Shown one piece after another: positions 43,204-57,215 of a DNA stretch of 64,000 nucleotides. The notes beneath the pieces are model-generated. The model did not search any database and had not been told where the DNA came from. It saw only the letters and a program-made list of their open reading frames with translations. The first letter of the stretch is position 1; every line of letters begins with the position of its first letter. Source of the stretch: an uncultured Gammaproteobacteria bacterium (GTDB lineage Bacteria; Pseudomonadota; Gammaproteobacteria; CAWCPV01); the NCBI GenBank assembly GCA_963797555.1, contig CAWCPV010000004.1, positions 160,001-224,000 on the forward strand, read 5' to 3'. The position numbers and the translations under genes were made by a program.

Positions 43204-44576
43204 AGCCGGGCGTCGCCGGTGCGGCGTCCCGCACCAGGGCCGAGGAGGGACGGTTACTAGCGCCCATGCGCTCCGCCCCGGGGGTGTCGCGCGGAGCTGC
43301 GGGCGGCCTGTCCACGGCCTTCCCGGCACCCGCCGGGCGCGGCCGTTTTCCGACCCTCCTAGCGGACCGCTGCGTCATGTGCGGGATGTGCCTCGCCGTC
43401 TGCCCCACATACGGCGAAGCGCGCGACGAGGCGGAGTCCCCGCGCGGACGCATCGCACTCATGCGCGCTTTTTCGGAGGGCCGTCTGGCGCCGACCGAGC
43501 AGGCCCTCGGCCACCTCGACCGCTGTCTCGCTTGCCGCGCCTGCGAGGCCATCTGCCCCTCGGAAGTGCCCTACGGTGAGCTGCTCGACGCCGCCCGCGC
43601 GCTCCTGGAGCCGGGCCGCCGCCGCCCGCTCGGGGCGCGCCTGGTCCGCCGTCTCGGCGGTGCGCTCGCAGCCGCGGACCCTAGAGTCTTGATGAGGATC
43701 GGGCGTTGGCTGCGCTGGTACCAACGCTCGGGCCTCGCCGACTTCGCACGGCGCACACGCCTGTTGCGGGCGCTGGGGATCGAGTCCGCCGAAGCTCTGC
43801 TGCCGCCGTTGGGGGCTCCCTTCCAACGCTCGGGCTACTATCCAGCCGTCGGTCCGGAACGAGGCCGCGTCGGGCTGTTCGTCGGGTGCGTGGCGCGCCT
43901 GGTGGACGCCGCAACCGCGGAGGCGGCGTTGCGGGTGCTGCGCCGCGTGGGCTACGGCGTCTATGTGCCCAAGGGCCAGGGGTGCTGCGGTGCGCTGCAC
44001 CGTCACGCCGGCGAGGCGGGCGCGGCCTGCCAGCTCGCCCAGCGCAACCTGGAAGCGTTCGCCGACCTTCCGCTGAAGGCCGTCATCGGTACGGCGAGCG
44101 GGTGCACCGCGGCGCTGGCCGAATACCCCCTCTGGATGCCGGAAGGTCGCGCGTGGCCGGCACCGGTCAGCGACGTGTGCGCTTTCCTGGCCGAGCGCTG
44201 GCCCGGGGCGCTTGCGCTGGCTCCGCTCTCTCGCCGCATAGGGATCCACACGCCCTGCACGCTGAAATATGCACTGCACGAGAAGGGCAGCGTCCAGGCG
44301 CTGCTGGCGCATGTCCCGGAGATCGACCTGCAGCCCTTATCCGAGCGACCCGCTTGCTGCGGCGCAGCCGGAGACTACATGCTCCGGGAGCCGGCGATGG
44401 CCGCAGCCCTACGGGACGCCGTGCTCACATCTTTCGACGGTGACATTCTCGTCACGTCCAACATCGGTTGCGCACTACACCTTCGCGTCGGCACCAACGT
44501 CCGGGAAATACCCATCGAGGTCATGCACCCGGTGGCCCTGCTCGCCAGGCAGCTCGAAGCCAGCCCGGCCAAATGA
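43200..44576 (+). CDS. glcF: GlcF-like Fe-S oxidoreductase subunit (start uncertain)
   Basis: [33 protein letters not shown], two CCG domains and TSNIGC. Confidence 0.8.
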   Translation: MKPGVAGAASRTRAEEGRLLAPMRSAPGVSRGAAGGLSTAFPAPAGRGRFPTLLADRCVMCGMCLAVCPTYGEARDEAESPRGRIALMRAFSEGRLAPTEQALGHLDRCLACRACEAICPSEVPYGELLDAARALLEPGRRRPLGARLVRRLGGALAAADPRVLMRIGRWLRWYQRSGLADFARRTRLLRALGIESAEALLPPLGAPFQRSGYYPAVGPERGRVGLFVGCVARLVDAATAEAALRVLRRVGYGVYVPKGQGCCGALHRHAGEAGAACQLAQRNLEAFADLPLKAVIGTASGCTAALAEYPLWMPEGRAWPAPVSDVCAFLAERWPGALALAPLSRRIGIHTPCTLKYALHEKGSVQALLAHVPEIDLQPLSERPACCGAAGDYMLREPAMAAALRDAVLTSFDGDILVTSNIGCALHLRVGTNVREIPIEVMHPVALLARQLEASPAK

Positions 44577-44592
44577 CTCATGGAGGTCCTAC

Positions 44593-45237
44593 ATGGAGGC
44601 CCGCGATTACTCCCCCGTCGACCGCTTCATCATGGGGCTCGACCAAGCGCTGCGCACCGTGTTCGGAGCGCCTGCGGCAAGCGGACGCCGCAGCCCGGCC
44701 GCCGACCTCCCCGAGTCCGCGATGAGCGAACAGGAGCGGATACACTCGGCGCGGCTGATGCGCGTCGACCATTCGGGCGAGGTCGCTGCTCAAGCCCTGT
44801 ATCAAGGCCAAGCGCTCGCGGCGCGGCAGCCCCGGGTACAGAAGCGGATGGCGCAAGCGGCCGCCGAGGAGAACGACCATTTGGCCTGGTGCGCGGAGCG
44901 CGTCGAGGAATTGGGCGGACGGCTGAGCCTGCTCAACCCCGTGTGGTACGGGGGGGCGCTCGCTATCGGGGCGCTCGCGGGTGTCGCGGGCGATCGCTGG
45001 AGCCTCGGCTTCCTGGCGGAGACCGAGCGCCAGGTGGTCACCCACCTGGACGGCCACCTGGAGCGGCTGCCGGCGCAGGACCTCAAGAGCCGGGCGATTC
45101 TAGCGCGGATGCACGAGGACGAAGGACATCACGCTGCCACGGCTGCTCTGGCGGGAGCGGCAGCGCTGCCCAAACCGATCAGGACGCTAATGAGGTATGC
45201 GTCGCGGGTGATGACCGAGACTGCTTATTGGGCGTGA
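44593..45237 (+). CDS. coq7: Demethoxyubiquinone hydroxylase Coq7 (di-iron)
   Basis: [35 protein letters not shown] and DEGHH motifs. Confidence 0.93.
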   Translation: MEARDYSPVDRFIMGLDQALRTVFGAPAASGRRSPAADLPESAMSEQERIHSARLMRVDHSGEVAAQALYQGQALAARQPRVQKRMAQAAAEENDHLAWCAERVEELGGRLSLLNPVWYGGALAIGALAGVAGDRWSLGFLAETERQVVTHLDGHLERLPAQDLKSRAILARMHEDEGHHAATAALAGAAALPKPIRTLMRYASRVMTETAYWA

Positions 45238-46045
45238 GCACGCCCATGTTCTGGCCGTAAAAGATTTCGGCCGTCTCGTGGCGCAGGCTCTGCATGATCA
45301 GACGCTTCTCCTCCTCGTCCAAGTCCGCCTCGGAGACCCCGAACAGATAGTTGTCTAGCTCGAACGCCTTCAACATCATCTTGGTGTGGAAGATATTCTC
45401 CTGGTAGACGTTCACGTCGATCATCTGGTACCTCTCCTTGGTGTCCTGGGCAATGAAGTTCTGGATCGAGTTGATCTTGTGGTCGATGAAGTATTTCTTG
45501 CCCTTTACGTCGCGCGTGAAGCCCCGGACCCGGTAGTCCATGATCACGATGTCCGAGTCGAAGCTGTGGATGAGGTAGTTGAGCGCCGTGAGCGGCGAGA
45601 TGCGCCCGCAGGTGGACACGTCGATGTCCGCTCGGAAAGTGCTGATGCCGTTGTGGGGATGACTCTCCGGGTACGTGTGTACGGTGATGTGGCTCTTGTC
45701 CAGGTGTGCCAGGACCGCATCGGGCAGCGGCCCAGGCATCTCGGCGTTCGAGTGCTCCCGTTCCGCCGCCGACGGCTCTTCGGAGACCAGCATGGTCACG
45801 CTGGCTCCCTGGGGGTCGTAGTCTTGACGCGCGGTGTTCAAGACGTTCGCGCCGATGATGTGTGCGACCTCGGTGAGGGTATGAGTCAGGCGCTTGGCGT
45901 TGTATACGTCATCGATGTACTCGATGTATTCGCGCCGCTGCTTGGGCGTGCGCGCATAACAGATGTCGTAGATGTTGAAGCTCAGCGTCTTGGTCAGATT
46001 GTTGAACCCGTGCAGCCTGAGTTTTTGAAGAGGCCTCACTTCCAC
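45179..46045 (-). CDS. speD: S-adenosylmethionine decarboxylase proenzyme
   Basis: [31 protein letters not shown] and DVSTCG motifs. Confidence 0.95.
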   Translation of the reverse strand: MEVRPLQKLRLHGFNNLTKTLSFNIYDICYARTPKQRREYIEYIDDVYNAKRLTHTLTEVAHIIGANVLNTARQDYDPQGASVTMLVSEEPSAAEREHSNAEMPGPLPDAVLAHLDKSHITVHTYPESHPHNGISTFRADIDVSTCGRISPLTALNYLIHSFDSDIVIMDYRVRGFTRDVKGKKYFIDHKINSIQNFIAQDTKERYQMIDVNVYQENIFHTKMMLKAFELDNYLFGVSEADLDEEEKRLIMQSLRHETAEIFYGQNMGVLTPNKQSRSSPATHTSLAS

Positions 46046-46074
46046 TAGGCTTGCTCCCGGTCCGGGTACCCTCT

Positions 46075-46290
46075 GAGCTACTGAACAAATCGTCGCGAGC
46101 GGCCCGAGAGCGAGGCGCCCGGAGCGCAGCGACGAGACATATCAAGGTGACCGGCGAGGAGCGACCGAATGGCAGTGCAGTCATTCGGCACGTCCGCGGG
46201 ACGCCCCGAAGGGGTGGGGTACAGGGAGCTACGCCATAAACACCGCGCAACGCCGCCATCGGGACGCGCAACAGACCTATTCACACCCTC
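46075..46290 (-). mobile_element. Long-form MITE (216 bp) with nested hairpin module, between thiC and speD
   Basis: Reverse complement of the 141-bp element with about 75 extra bp at 46165-46240. Confidence 0.88.
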
Positions 46291-46376
46291 TCCGCGAAGC
46301 ACAGCCAACCGGTACAAACCCTGCGTGGACGGCGGGCGTTGACCCGGCGTCCACGCCGCCAACACGCGGTCGGAGA

Positions 46377-48265
<1,889 letters not shown>

Positions 48266-48312
48266 TGCATGGCCCTCGCCTCGGTGGCGTTCTAGGCGCA
48301 GGCGAGCGGTGC

Positions 48313-48413
48313 TCGCTTCCCTACGCCGGTACTGGCCGGATCAGGTTCAAAGGGTATACTCTCAGCCCTGGGCAGCCAGTGACGTTATTACAGGCTGCAG
48401 GGCACCCCTAGCT
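48313..48413 (-). ncRNA. TPP riboswitch (THI element) upstream of thiC
   Basis: Minus strand reads AGGGGTGC...GCTGAGA.TATACCCTTTGAACCTGATCCGGCCAGTACCGGCGTAGGGAAG. Confidence 0.95.
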
Positions 48414-48535
48414 AAGGAAACCCAGAAATTATATGATGCGCGCTTGATTTGCAAGCCGCGTCCATGCCTCTGCGGCGCTCTCGCCGCATCCGCCGACAAG
48501 TTGAGCCACAAAGAATCATCGACTCGCGGACCCGC

Positions 48536-49198
48536 ATGGACCAGATGACCCTCGAACGAGCGCGCGAGAACATGATCGAGAACCAGGTCCGCGCCTGGGA
48601 CGTCTTGGATCAGCGGGTGCTGGACGTGATGACCGCGGTGCCCCGGGAGGACTTCGTACCGGGAGCGTACCGCGACCTCGCTTTTGCGGACACCGAGATT
48701 CCCCTGGGGCGCGGCCAGGCGATGATGGCCCCCAAGGTGGAGGGCAGGCTGCTCCAGGCTCTCGACGTGCAGCCTTCGGAAAAAGTGCTGGAGGTCGGTA
48801 CCGGCAGCGGTTACGCCACGGCCCTGCTGGCCGAACTCGGCGGCCACGTCCACAGCGTGGAGATTTTCCCTGAATTCACGGCACGCGCCGAGCAAAGCCT
48901 CGCGGCCCACGGAATACGTAACGCCACTTTGGAGGTCGGTGATGCGGCGCAAGGCTGGGAGCGGCATGCTCCATACAACGTCATCGCAGTCACCGGGTCC
49001 CTGTACCTGCTCCCGGAAGCCTTCCGCCACAGTCTCAAGGTCGGCGGTCGCCTGTTCGTGGTCCTGGGCGAGGCTCCCGCAATGCAGGCGATGCTCATCA
49101 CGCGCCGAGGGGAAGACGGCTGGTCGCAGGAGAGCTTGTTCGAGACGGTCCTCGCGCCACTGGTCAATGCTGCGCCGCCCGAGCGTTTCGTCTTCTGA
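48536..49198 (+). CDS. pcm: Protein-L-isoaspartate O-methyltransferase family protein
   Basis: ARENMIENQVRAWDV, VPREDFVP, VLEVGTGSGY and LKVGGRL motifs. Confidence 0.9.
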   Translation: MDQMTLERARENMIENQVRAWDVLDQRVLDVMTAVPREDFVPGAYRDLAFADTEIPLGRGQAMMAPKVEGRLLQALDVQPSEKVLEVGTGSGYATALLAELGGHVHSVEIFPEFTARAEQSLAAHGIRNATLEVGDAAQGWERHAPYNVIAVTGSLYLLPEAFRHSLKVGGRLFVVLGEAPAMQAMLITRRGEDGWSQESLFETVLAPLVNAAPPERFVF

Positions 49199-49214
49199 TG
49201 GGTTACCCTTGCCG

Positions 49215-49498
49215 GTGCGGCATACCCACGCGCAACATTCTCGCGGATCACTTGCTTACATCGCCGGCCCGCACCATTGCTCCTTGACGTCCAGGAACCC
49301 TGCGAGTATACGATGGCCCCCGTCGAGGGCTTCGAGTTCATTCCCATACGGAAAGGTGCCGGAGCTAGGTCTTACGGAGTCTGCAGCTTTCAAGCGTACC
49401 AGCTCCTCGATCGTGTGGGCTATCGTGATGTCGTGAATCTCGACAGAGGAATCAGCGCCTGGGTCAGGGAAGTAGACCCATCGATGAGGAATTACTGA
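49215..49498 (+). pseudogene. Degraded rhodanese-domain gene
   Basis: LLDVQEP.E and GYRDVVNLDRGISAWVREVDP are present; the start is scrambled and the active-site loop region is shortened; usual pcm-rhodanese-tolC position. Confidence 0.65.
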
Positions 49499-49502
49499 GC
49501 CC

Positions 49503-50867
49503 ATGACCATCCGACGCGCTTTTCTGCTGCTGCCCGCGCTGTGGGCAGCACTTACCGCGGTCCCGGCGCTGGCCGAGGATCTACTGGACATTTATCGCCT
49601 GGGGCTGCAGCAAGATCCCGCCCTCAAGGCTGCCGACCAGCAACGGCTCGCCGCATTGCAGGACAAGCCGCAAGCCCGCGCCCTGCTGTTGCCTAACCTA
49701 AGCGCCAATGGCAGCGTGAGCCGTAACGTCCTCGAGTTGACGCACGGTCCTACGACCTATTTCACCAACCAGAACTATGCGCTGCAGCTCACCCAGCCCC
49801 TCTACAACCGGGCTTATTGGGTTCAACTGTCACAGGCCGACAGCCAGATTGCACAGGCGCAGGCCAACTACGTGGCAGCCGAGCAGGACCTCATTAACCG
49901 TGTTGCGTCCACCTACTTCGGCGTGCTCTCGGCTCAGGCCGGCCTGGATTACGTGATCGCGAACAAGGAAGCCACGGCCAGACAACTGGAACAGGCGCGT
50001 CAGCGGTTCGACGTCGGCTTGGTCGCCATCACCGACGTGCAGGATGCCCAATCCCGTTATGACCAAGCCGTGGCGTCGGAGATCGTGGCGCGCAATGATT
50101 TGGAGCGCGCTAACGCGGCGGTGGCGGAGATCACCGGCCAGGAACCCGGAAAGCTGGCGGATCTCGGAGAAAAGCTGCCCCTTGACCCGCCAAAGCCCGC
50201 CAACCTACAGAAGTGGATTGACACGTCCCTGGGTCAGAATCCCCGGGTGCTCGCCAACCAGTTCGCGGTCAAGGTCGCCCGAGACAACGTGGAGGTGCAG
50301 CGCAGCGGACATTTCCCGACACTCGATGTCGTGGGCAGCTACGGCTACGAGAACCTGACCTCCGGTGGCATATTTCCGCTGCAGGGCTGGGACGGCCAGA
50401 TCGGGTTGCAGCTCAACGTGCCCATATACGCCGGCGGGGGTGTGCTAGCGAACACCCGTCAGGCCGCCCACCTGTACGAGGCGGCCAAGGATAACCTCGG
50501 GGTGGCCCAGCGGGCCACGGTGCGCCAGACCACCATTTCCTACCGTACGGTGCTGGACACCATCAGCTCGGTCAAAGCCCTGAAGCAGGCCGTCGCCTCG
50601 GCGGAAACCGCCCTGGAAGCAACGCAGGCCGGCTACGAGGTCGGAACGCGCACCATCGTCGACCTGCTGAACTCGCAGACCGCCCGATATCTTGCCGTGC
50701 GGGATTACAAGACCCGACGATACGATTACCTGCTCGCGGGGCTAGCCCTGCAGCAGGCCGCCGGGCAGATTAGCGAGGTCGACGTGGCGGGGGTGAACCG
50801 CTTGCTGCACCAGCCGAAGAAGGCGGGGGAAACGCGGCCGCGCGAATCAGCGGCCGGTGGATACTAA
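49503..50867 (+). CDS. tolC: TolC family outer-membrane channel
   Basis: Signal peptide, AEDLLDIY, RFDVGLVAITDV, GHFPTL and GYEVGTRTIVD motifs. Confidence 0.92.
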   Translation: MTIRRAFLLLPALWAALTAVPALAEDLLDIYRLGLQQDPALKAADQQRLAALQDKPQARALLLPNLSANGSVSRNVLELTHGPTTYFTNQNYALQLTQPLYNRAYWVQLSQADSQIAQAQANYVAAEQDLINRVASTYFGVLSAQAGLDYVIANKEATARQLEQARQRFDVGLVAITDVQDAQSRYDQAVASEIVARNDLERANAAVAEITGQEPGKLADLGEKLPLDPPKPANLQKWIDTSLGQNPRVLANQFAVKVARDNVEVQRSGHFPTLDVVGSYGYENLTSGGIFPLQGWDGQIGLQLNVPIYAGGGVLANTRQAAHLYEAAKDNLGVAQRATVRQTTISYRTVLDTISSVKALKQAVASAETALEATQAGYEVGTRTIVDLLNSQTARYLAVRDYKTRRYDYLLAGLALQQAAGQISEVDVAGVNRLLHQPKKAGETRPRESAAGGY

Positions 50868-51715
50868 CCACGCGCTTCTGATCTCCGAGTCAGCTCCAGG
50901 GCAATCGCGTACAGGGCATTGCGGCGCTCGCCAGTGATGCGAACCGCGAGCGCCACGGCGCGCTTCAGGGGTAATTCCTCCAGGAGTAGCCCCAGCAGCC
51001 CGCGCAGGTCCTGCGACTCCGGGGCTGCGTCGCCTCCCTCCACCAACACCACGAACTCCCCCCGCTGCTGCTCCGGGCTCTGCTCAATCCACTCCCGGAG
51101 AACTCCTAGGGTCCCGTGACGCACGGTCTCGAAATGCTTGGTCAGCTCCCGGGCGATCACGCCGCGGCGCTCCGGTCCCAAGACGGTGCAGAGGTCTGCC
51201 AGACTTTCCAGTATGCGGTGCGGCGCCTCGAACAGCACGATGGTCCGCTCCTCCGCCCGCAGTGCCAGCAGCCGGCGGCGCCGTTGCTCGGCGCTGGCGG
51301 AGGGCAGGAACCCCTCGAACACAAAGCGATCGGCGGTGAGTCCCGAAGCCGACAGAGCCGCGACCACGGCGCTGGGGCCTGGCACCGGGGAGACGGGCAA
51401 ACCCGCAGCGTGGGCGGCAGCCACCAACCGGCAGCCGGGGTCGCTCACCAAGGGGGTACCGGCGTCGCTCACGAGCGCCACCGAACGGCCTTGCCGCAGG
51501 GCCTCGAGCAGGCGCGGCGAACGCCGCGCTTCATTGTGCTCGTGGAAGGCCAGCAAGTGTGCGCGGAGGCCGAAATGGGTGAGAAGCCGACGCGTCCGGC
51601 GTGTGTCCTCGGCCGCTACGACATCCACCCGAGAGAGCACTTGCAGCGCCCCCACGGTCATGTCGGCGAGATTGCCGATGGGGGTCGCGACCACGTAAAG
51701 CACGCCGGGGTCCAC
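50864..51715 (-). CDS. rsmI: 16S rRNA C1402 2'-O-methyltransferase RsmI
   Basis: LYVVATPIGNL, AEDTR, VSDAGTPLVSDPG and RELTKHFE motifs. Confidence 0.95.
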   Translation of the reverse strand: MDPGVLYVVATPIGNLADMTVGALQVLSRVDVVAAEDTRRTRRLLTHFGLRAHLLAFHEHNEARRSPRLLEALRQGRSVALVSDAGTPLVSDPGCRLVAAAHAAGLPVSPVPGPSAVVAALSASGLTADRFVFEGFLPSASAEQRRRRLLALRAEERTIVLFEAPHRILESLADLCTVLGPERRGVIARELTKHFETVRHGTLGVLREWIEQSPEQQRGEFVVLVEGGDAAPESQDLRGLLGLLLEELPLKRAVALAVRITGERRNALYAIALELTRRSEARG

Positions 51716-51788
51716 GCGCCGGCCCTGGTTTTTGATACTCTCGGACAACCCGTTACAATAACCTTTTGCCATCTCTAGCCAACATCGC

Positions 51789-53628
51789 ATGACGCGTAGC
51801 CGCCCGTGGGATGGCCTCCTACAGGCCAGCCTCGTCGTGTTTCTCCTCACCGCCTGCGCGGAGGCCCCCGAGCGCGAGGAGGCGGCGGGCACCCTGCGCA
51901 CCGCCCAGCGCCTGGAACAGATGGGCGACTACTCCGCCGCTGCCCAAATCTACGCCAATCTCGCGGCCGGCGCGCAGACGCCCCTGCGTGAGACCTACCA
52001 GCTGCGCAGCGCCGACGCCCTGCTGCGGGGCGGCGATACCGCAGGCGCGGAACGGGTCTTGAGGTCCGTCGTACCACCCGCCGAGCCGCCTCGGCTGAGG
52101 GCGGAGCGCGATATTCTCATGGGCCGATTGGCGTTGGCCGAGAACCACCCGGCAGAAGCCCTTGCGATTGCCAATGCACTACAGGCCGAAGTCCTGCCTC
52201 CTAACCTCCGCACGGCAGCCGAAGACCTGCGGGCTCAAGCCTATGCCCAGCAAGGCAAGCTCATCGAGAGCATCGACAGCCGAATCGCTCTTCAATCCCT
52301 GCTGATCGACCCGCAGGCCCAGTGGGAGAACGAGAAGACCCTCTGGCAAGAACTCATGTCCTTGCCCCCTCAGGAGCTGGACCGCTGGCAGCGGCACGAA
52401 TCGCGCCCGGAGGTGAGCGGCTGGCTGGAGCTAGCGGCGCTCGCCCGGCAGGGCGCGTTCGAGGGACCCCAAGGCAGCCAGGCTCTCGCCGCCTGGCGCG
52501 CCCGTTACCCGACTCATCCAGCGGCGGTGCATGCGCTGCTGGCCCTTTCCCCCGCAGCCGCAGGCGCTGCAGGCGGGGCGACCCAGGTGGCGCTGTTGCT
52601 GCCCCTGGCAGGTCCCCTCGCCCCGCCCGCTGCCGCGGTACGCGACGGTCTGCTTGCCGCTTACTACAGCCAGCAGGAGGCGGGCAAGCCGAATCTGCGC
52701 ATCTATGATACTGCCGGTACCGGCGCACACGTGCAGGACATCTACCGTCAGGCGGTGCAGGATGGCGCGCGTTATGTCATAGGACCCCTGACCAAGGAGT
52801 CCGTACAAGTGCTGGCTGCGGCGCAGACCCTCCCCGTCCCCACCCTGGCCCTGAATTTCGTGGACGCCCCGTCACCGCCCGCCAACCTGTATCAGTTCGG
52901 CCTGGCACCGGAGGACGAAGCCCGCCAGGTCGCCGAGCGCGCGTGGGCGGATGGCCACCGCTCGGCACTGGCTTTGGTACCGGAAAACGCCTGGGGAAAA
53001 CGGGTCATGCAAGCCTTCCGGGACCGCTGGGAACAGCTCGGCGGAACGCTGGTCGCTACCGAGAGCTTCGGCGATGGGCAGGAGTCCCTTCAAGGCGCTG
53101 TGCAGCGCCTGATCGAGCCGAACGCGGCGGCGACTTCCAGCTCCTCCTCCGCGACCCCTGACCAGGCCGTACCCCAACCCCAGCCCCGCCAGGACGGCGA
53201 TTTCCTCTTCATGGCTGCGTTCCCCCGCCAGGCCGTGGCGGTCCCACCGCTGCTCAAGTTTTACCTCGCTGGGTCGCTGCCTATATACGCCACCTCTCAC
53301 AGCTTCAGCGGCACGGTGGACGCGGCGTCAAGGGGCGACATGGAGGACATCATCGTGTGCGATATGCCGTGGATGTCATCGAGCGCCAATCCCGCCCCCG
53401 CACTGGCCAATACCCTGGCGACCGTCTGGCCGGAATCCCGCGGTTCCCTGGCCCGACTCTATGCGCTGGGCATCGACGCGTACCTGCTCATCCCGGAGAT
53501 CGAGCGGCTGCGCGCCAGCCCATCGGCGAGCTTTCAGGGAGTGACCGGCACTCTCAGCTTGGATCAGTCCAGGCACGTACGTCGTGAGCTGCTGTGCGCG
53601 CGCTTCGGCGATTGGGGACACCTGTCGG

Positions 53629-53639
<11 letters not shown>
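51789..53639 (+). CDS. lpoA: Penicillin-binding protein activator LpoA (LppC family)
   Basis: Lipobox LTAC, GWLELA, VALLLP, IGPLTKE, FGLAPEDEA and RLYALGIDA motifs. Confidence 0.92.
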
Positions 53640-54611
<972 letters not shown>

Positions 54612-54615
54612 CACC

Positions 54616-55188
54616 ATGCGACCTCACTGCACCCTGCTCGCTCTGGTACTTGCCGCCCCCGCCCTGACGGGCTGTGTCGGCGTCCTCCTCGCGGGCGCGG
54701 CCACGGGGGCCTCAGTGGCCCATGACCGTCGCTCCGTCGGCACCGAGCTGGACGACCAGGCCATTAAGGTCAAGGCTGGCAACGCCATCTACGACGACAA
54801 GGAGCTTTACGACAGCTCCCACATCGACGTGACCAGCTTCAACAAGATCGTGCTGCTCGTTGGGGAGACCCCAACGGAGGCGCTACGCACCCGGGCGGAA
54901 CGGCTGGTGAGCTCCATTCCCAACGTGCGGAAGGTCTATAACGAGATCACCATCGGCGAGCCGACCTCGTTCACGACTCGCACCAACGATGCGGCCCTTA
55001 CCGCCAAAGTCAAGGGGGAGATGCTGGCGGCCAAGTTGGACCCTCTCAACGTCAAGGTGGTTACCGAGAACGGCACCGTGTTTTTGATGGGCCTGGTTTC
55101 ACCCACCGAGGGCGAGGCTGCGGCCGGCGTAGCGAGCCATGTCGGCGGCGTCCAGCGCGTGGTCAAGCTCTTCGAGTACACGAGTTGA
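54616..55188 (+). CDS. Dual-BON domain lipoprotein (YraP/DolP-like)
   Basis: Lipobox LTGC, DRRSVG, KVVTENGTVFLMGLV and GVQRVVKLFEY. Confidence 0.9.
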   Translation: MRPHCTLLALVLAAPALTGCVGVLLAGAATGASVAHDRRSVGTELDDQAIKVKAGNAIYDDKELYDSSHIDVTSFNKIVLLVGETPTEALRTRAERLVSSIPNVRKVYNEITIGEPTSFTTRTNDAALTAKVKGEMLAAKLDPLNVKVVTENGTVFLMGLVSPTEGEAAAGVASHVGGVQRVVKLFEYTS

Positions 55189-55189
55189 G

Positions 55190-56626
55190 GTGACGCCAGA
55201 CTTCCTGAGCGGGTTAGCGGCCATCGTCGGCCCCGCTGGCGTGGTCACCGAGCCCGCCGCGCGCTGGGTCTACGGGTACGACAACAGCCGCCGGCACGCC
55301 GAGCCCGAGGCCGTGGCATTCGCGACCAGCCACGAGCAGGTGCGCGCCGTGGTCTCCCTGTGTCACCGGGACGGCGTCAGCCTCGTCGCCCGCGGGCGCG
55401 GCACGGGCACCACGGGGAGCGCGGTGCCCATCGCCGGCGGAGTCGTCCTGTCGCTGGAGCGCATGCGCCGCATACTGCGCATCGCACCGGACGACCGCCT
55501 CATGGTGGTGGAGCCCGGTGTAACCAACGAAGAGGCCCAACGGGAAGCGGCCCGCCATGGATTCTTCTGGCCGCCAGACCCAACCAGCGGCGCGTTCTGC
55601 ACCGTCGGCGGGAATCTCGCCTTGAACGCCGCCGGTCCCCGCGCCGTGAAATACGGGACGGTCCGGGAGAACGTCCTGGGTCTGCGCGCTGTCACTGGCA
55701 CCGGCGAGGAGATTCGCACCGGAGTGCGCACTACCAAGGGGGTCGTCGGTTATGATCTCACCCGGCTGATCGTGGGGTCCGAGGGAACGCTGGCGATAAT
55801 TACCGAGGCCACCCTCAAACTCACGCCGTTGCCCGAGGCGAGGCGCACCCTACGCGCCCTCTATCGGGACGTACACAGCGCGGCGCGCGCCGTGACGCGC
55901 ATCATGGCGCAGCCAGTGACCCCGAGTGCCGTGGAGTTCATGGACGGGCGCGCCATCGAGCTGGTGGGCCGCTACCGCGGCATCGAGCTGCCCGCGGACG
56001 CCGGTGGAATGCTCATGGTGGAGGTGGACGGCCCCGCCGCGTGCGTCGACGGAGCCGCACAACAGGTCGAGGCGGCGGCCGGGGGAGAAGGACTGGTCGA
56101 GATCAGCCGAGCGCGCACGGACAAGGAGGTGGCGGTGCTCTGGGAGGCGCGCAAGGCATTGTCGCCGGCGCTGCGCAGCGTCGCCCCCAAAAAGATCAAC
56201 GAGGACGTGGTCGTGCCGGTCTCCAAGATACCCGAGTTGCTGGACCGCTTGCAGTTGTTGTCGCGGCGCCATGCCGTGACCATCGTCAGCTTCGGGCACG
56301 CCGGCAACGGCAACATCCACGTAAACCTGCTGGTGAATCCCGACGATGCCGACCAGTTGGGCCGTGCCGAGCGCTGCCTGAGCGACGTCTTCGATGCGGT
56401 CCTCGCGCTCGACGGTACGCTGTCGGGAGAGCACGGCGTAGGCATCGAGAAACGCGATTTCGTCGCCCGGGAGATCGACCCGGTCGCTTTGGCGCTGATG
56501 ACACGCATCAAGGCCCAGTTCGACCCCCGAGGGATCTTGAATCCCGGCAAGGTCCTGCCCGCCCCCCCGGCGGTCAGTGCTTTGCTTGAACAGGCCCCAG
56601 GAACACCCGCGCGTACTGGAGGCTGA
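55190..56626 (+). CDS. glcD: GlcD-like FAD-linked oxidase
   Basis: RGRGTGTTG, PPDPTS, GSEGTL, EDVVVP, GHAGNGNIH, SGEHGVG and LNPGK motifs. Confidence 0.82.
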   Translation: MTPDFLSGLAAIVGPAGVVTEPAARWVYGYDNSRRHAEPEAVAFATSHEQVRAVVSLCHRDGVSLVARGRGTGTTGSAVPIAGGVVLSLERMRRILRIAPDDRLMVVEPGVTNEEAQREAARHGFFWPPDPTSGAFCTVGGNLALNAAGPRAVKYGTVRENVLGLRAVTGTGEEIRTGVRTTKGVVGYDLTRLIVGSEGTLAIITEATLKLTPLPEARRTLRALYRDVHSAARAVTRIMAQPVTPSAVEFMDGRAIELVGRYRGIELPADAGGMLMVEVDGPAACVDGAAQQVEAAAGGEGLVEISRARTDKEVAVLWEARKALSPALRSVAPKKINEDVVVPVSKIPELLDRLQLLSRRHAVTIVSFGHAGNGNIHVNLLVNPDDADQLGRAERCLSDVFDAVLALDGTLSGEHGVGIEKRDFVAREIDPVALALMTRIKAQFDPRGILNPGKVLPAPPAVSALLEQAPGTPARTGG

Positions 56627-56885
56627 GGCAGCCGGCCACCTCTGAGCGGGGCCGCTGCTCGTGTTGTCACCGGGGGCTGCCCGGGCTGCCTGGCAGCTTG
56701 GTCTGGCAGCGGTAGACGCCGCTAGCCACGCCGGAAGAGGTGGATGCCGTGAGCCTTCTTCCCCAAGGCCGGGTCCACTCGGTGTTGCGGGGCGGAGCCT
56801 GTCACCGACCGATGCAGAGCGACACTGCGTGCTCCGTTCCCGTCCGCGGATCCGTTACACGGCAGGCCCGAATGGCGGGACTGGG

Positions 56886-57215
56886 ATGCTTGATCTCTAC
56901 ATGGTCGGTCTGCTGGCCGCGGCCGGGATGGGAGCCTGGTTCTGGCTGGACAGCATGCGCGCCCGCGAGATCGCCACCGGAGTCTGCCGCCACGTCTGCC
57001 AGCAGCAGCAGTTGCAGTTCCTGGACGATACCGTCGCGTTAAAACTCATGGGGCTGGCTCGCAATGCGCAAGGCCGCATACAAGTTCGGCGCATCTACCG
57101 GTTTGAGTACAGCGACGATGGCGTCCAGCGCCACCAGGGTGAGGCGGTCATGCTCGGCGCCCAACTGACTGCGATCAAGCTGCCGTGGATGGGAGAAGGG
57201 CACCGCCCTACTTGA
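56886..57215 (+). CDS. DUF3301 family membrane protein
   Basis: TM helix, then RAREIA...C...LQFLDDTV...RIYRFEYS..G..R..G. Confidence 0.8.
   Translation: MLDLYMVGLLAAAGMGAWFWLDSMRAREIATGVCRHVCQQQQLQFLDDTVALKLMGLARNAQGRIQVRRIYRFEYSDDGVQRHQGEAVMLGAQLTAIKLPWMGEGHRPT

Noticed and set aside
45179-45237. 59-nt convergent overlap of coq7 and speD
   Set aside because: Only a non-conserved speD tail is involved; common in GC-rich genomes.
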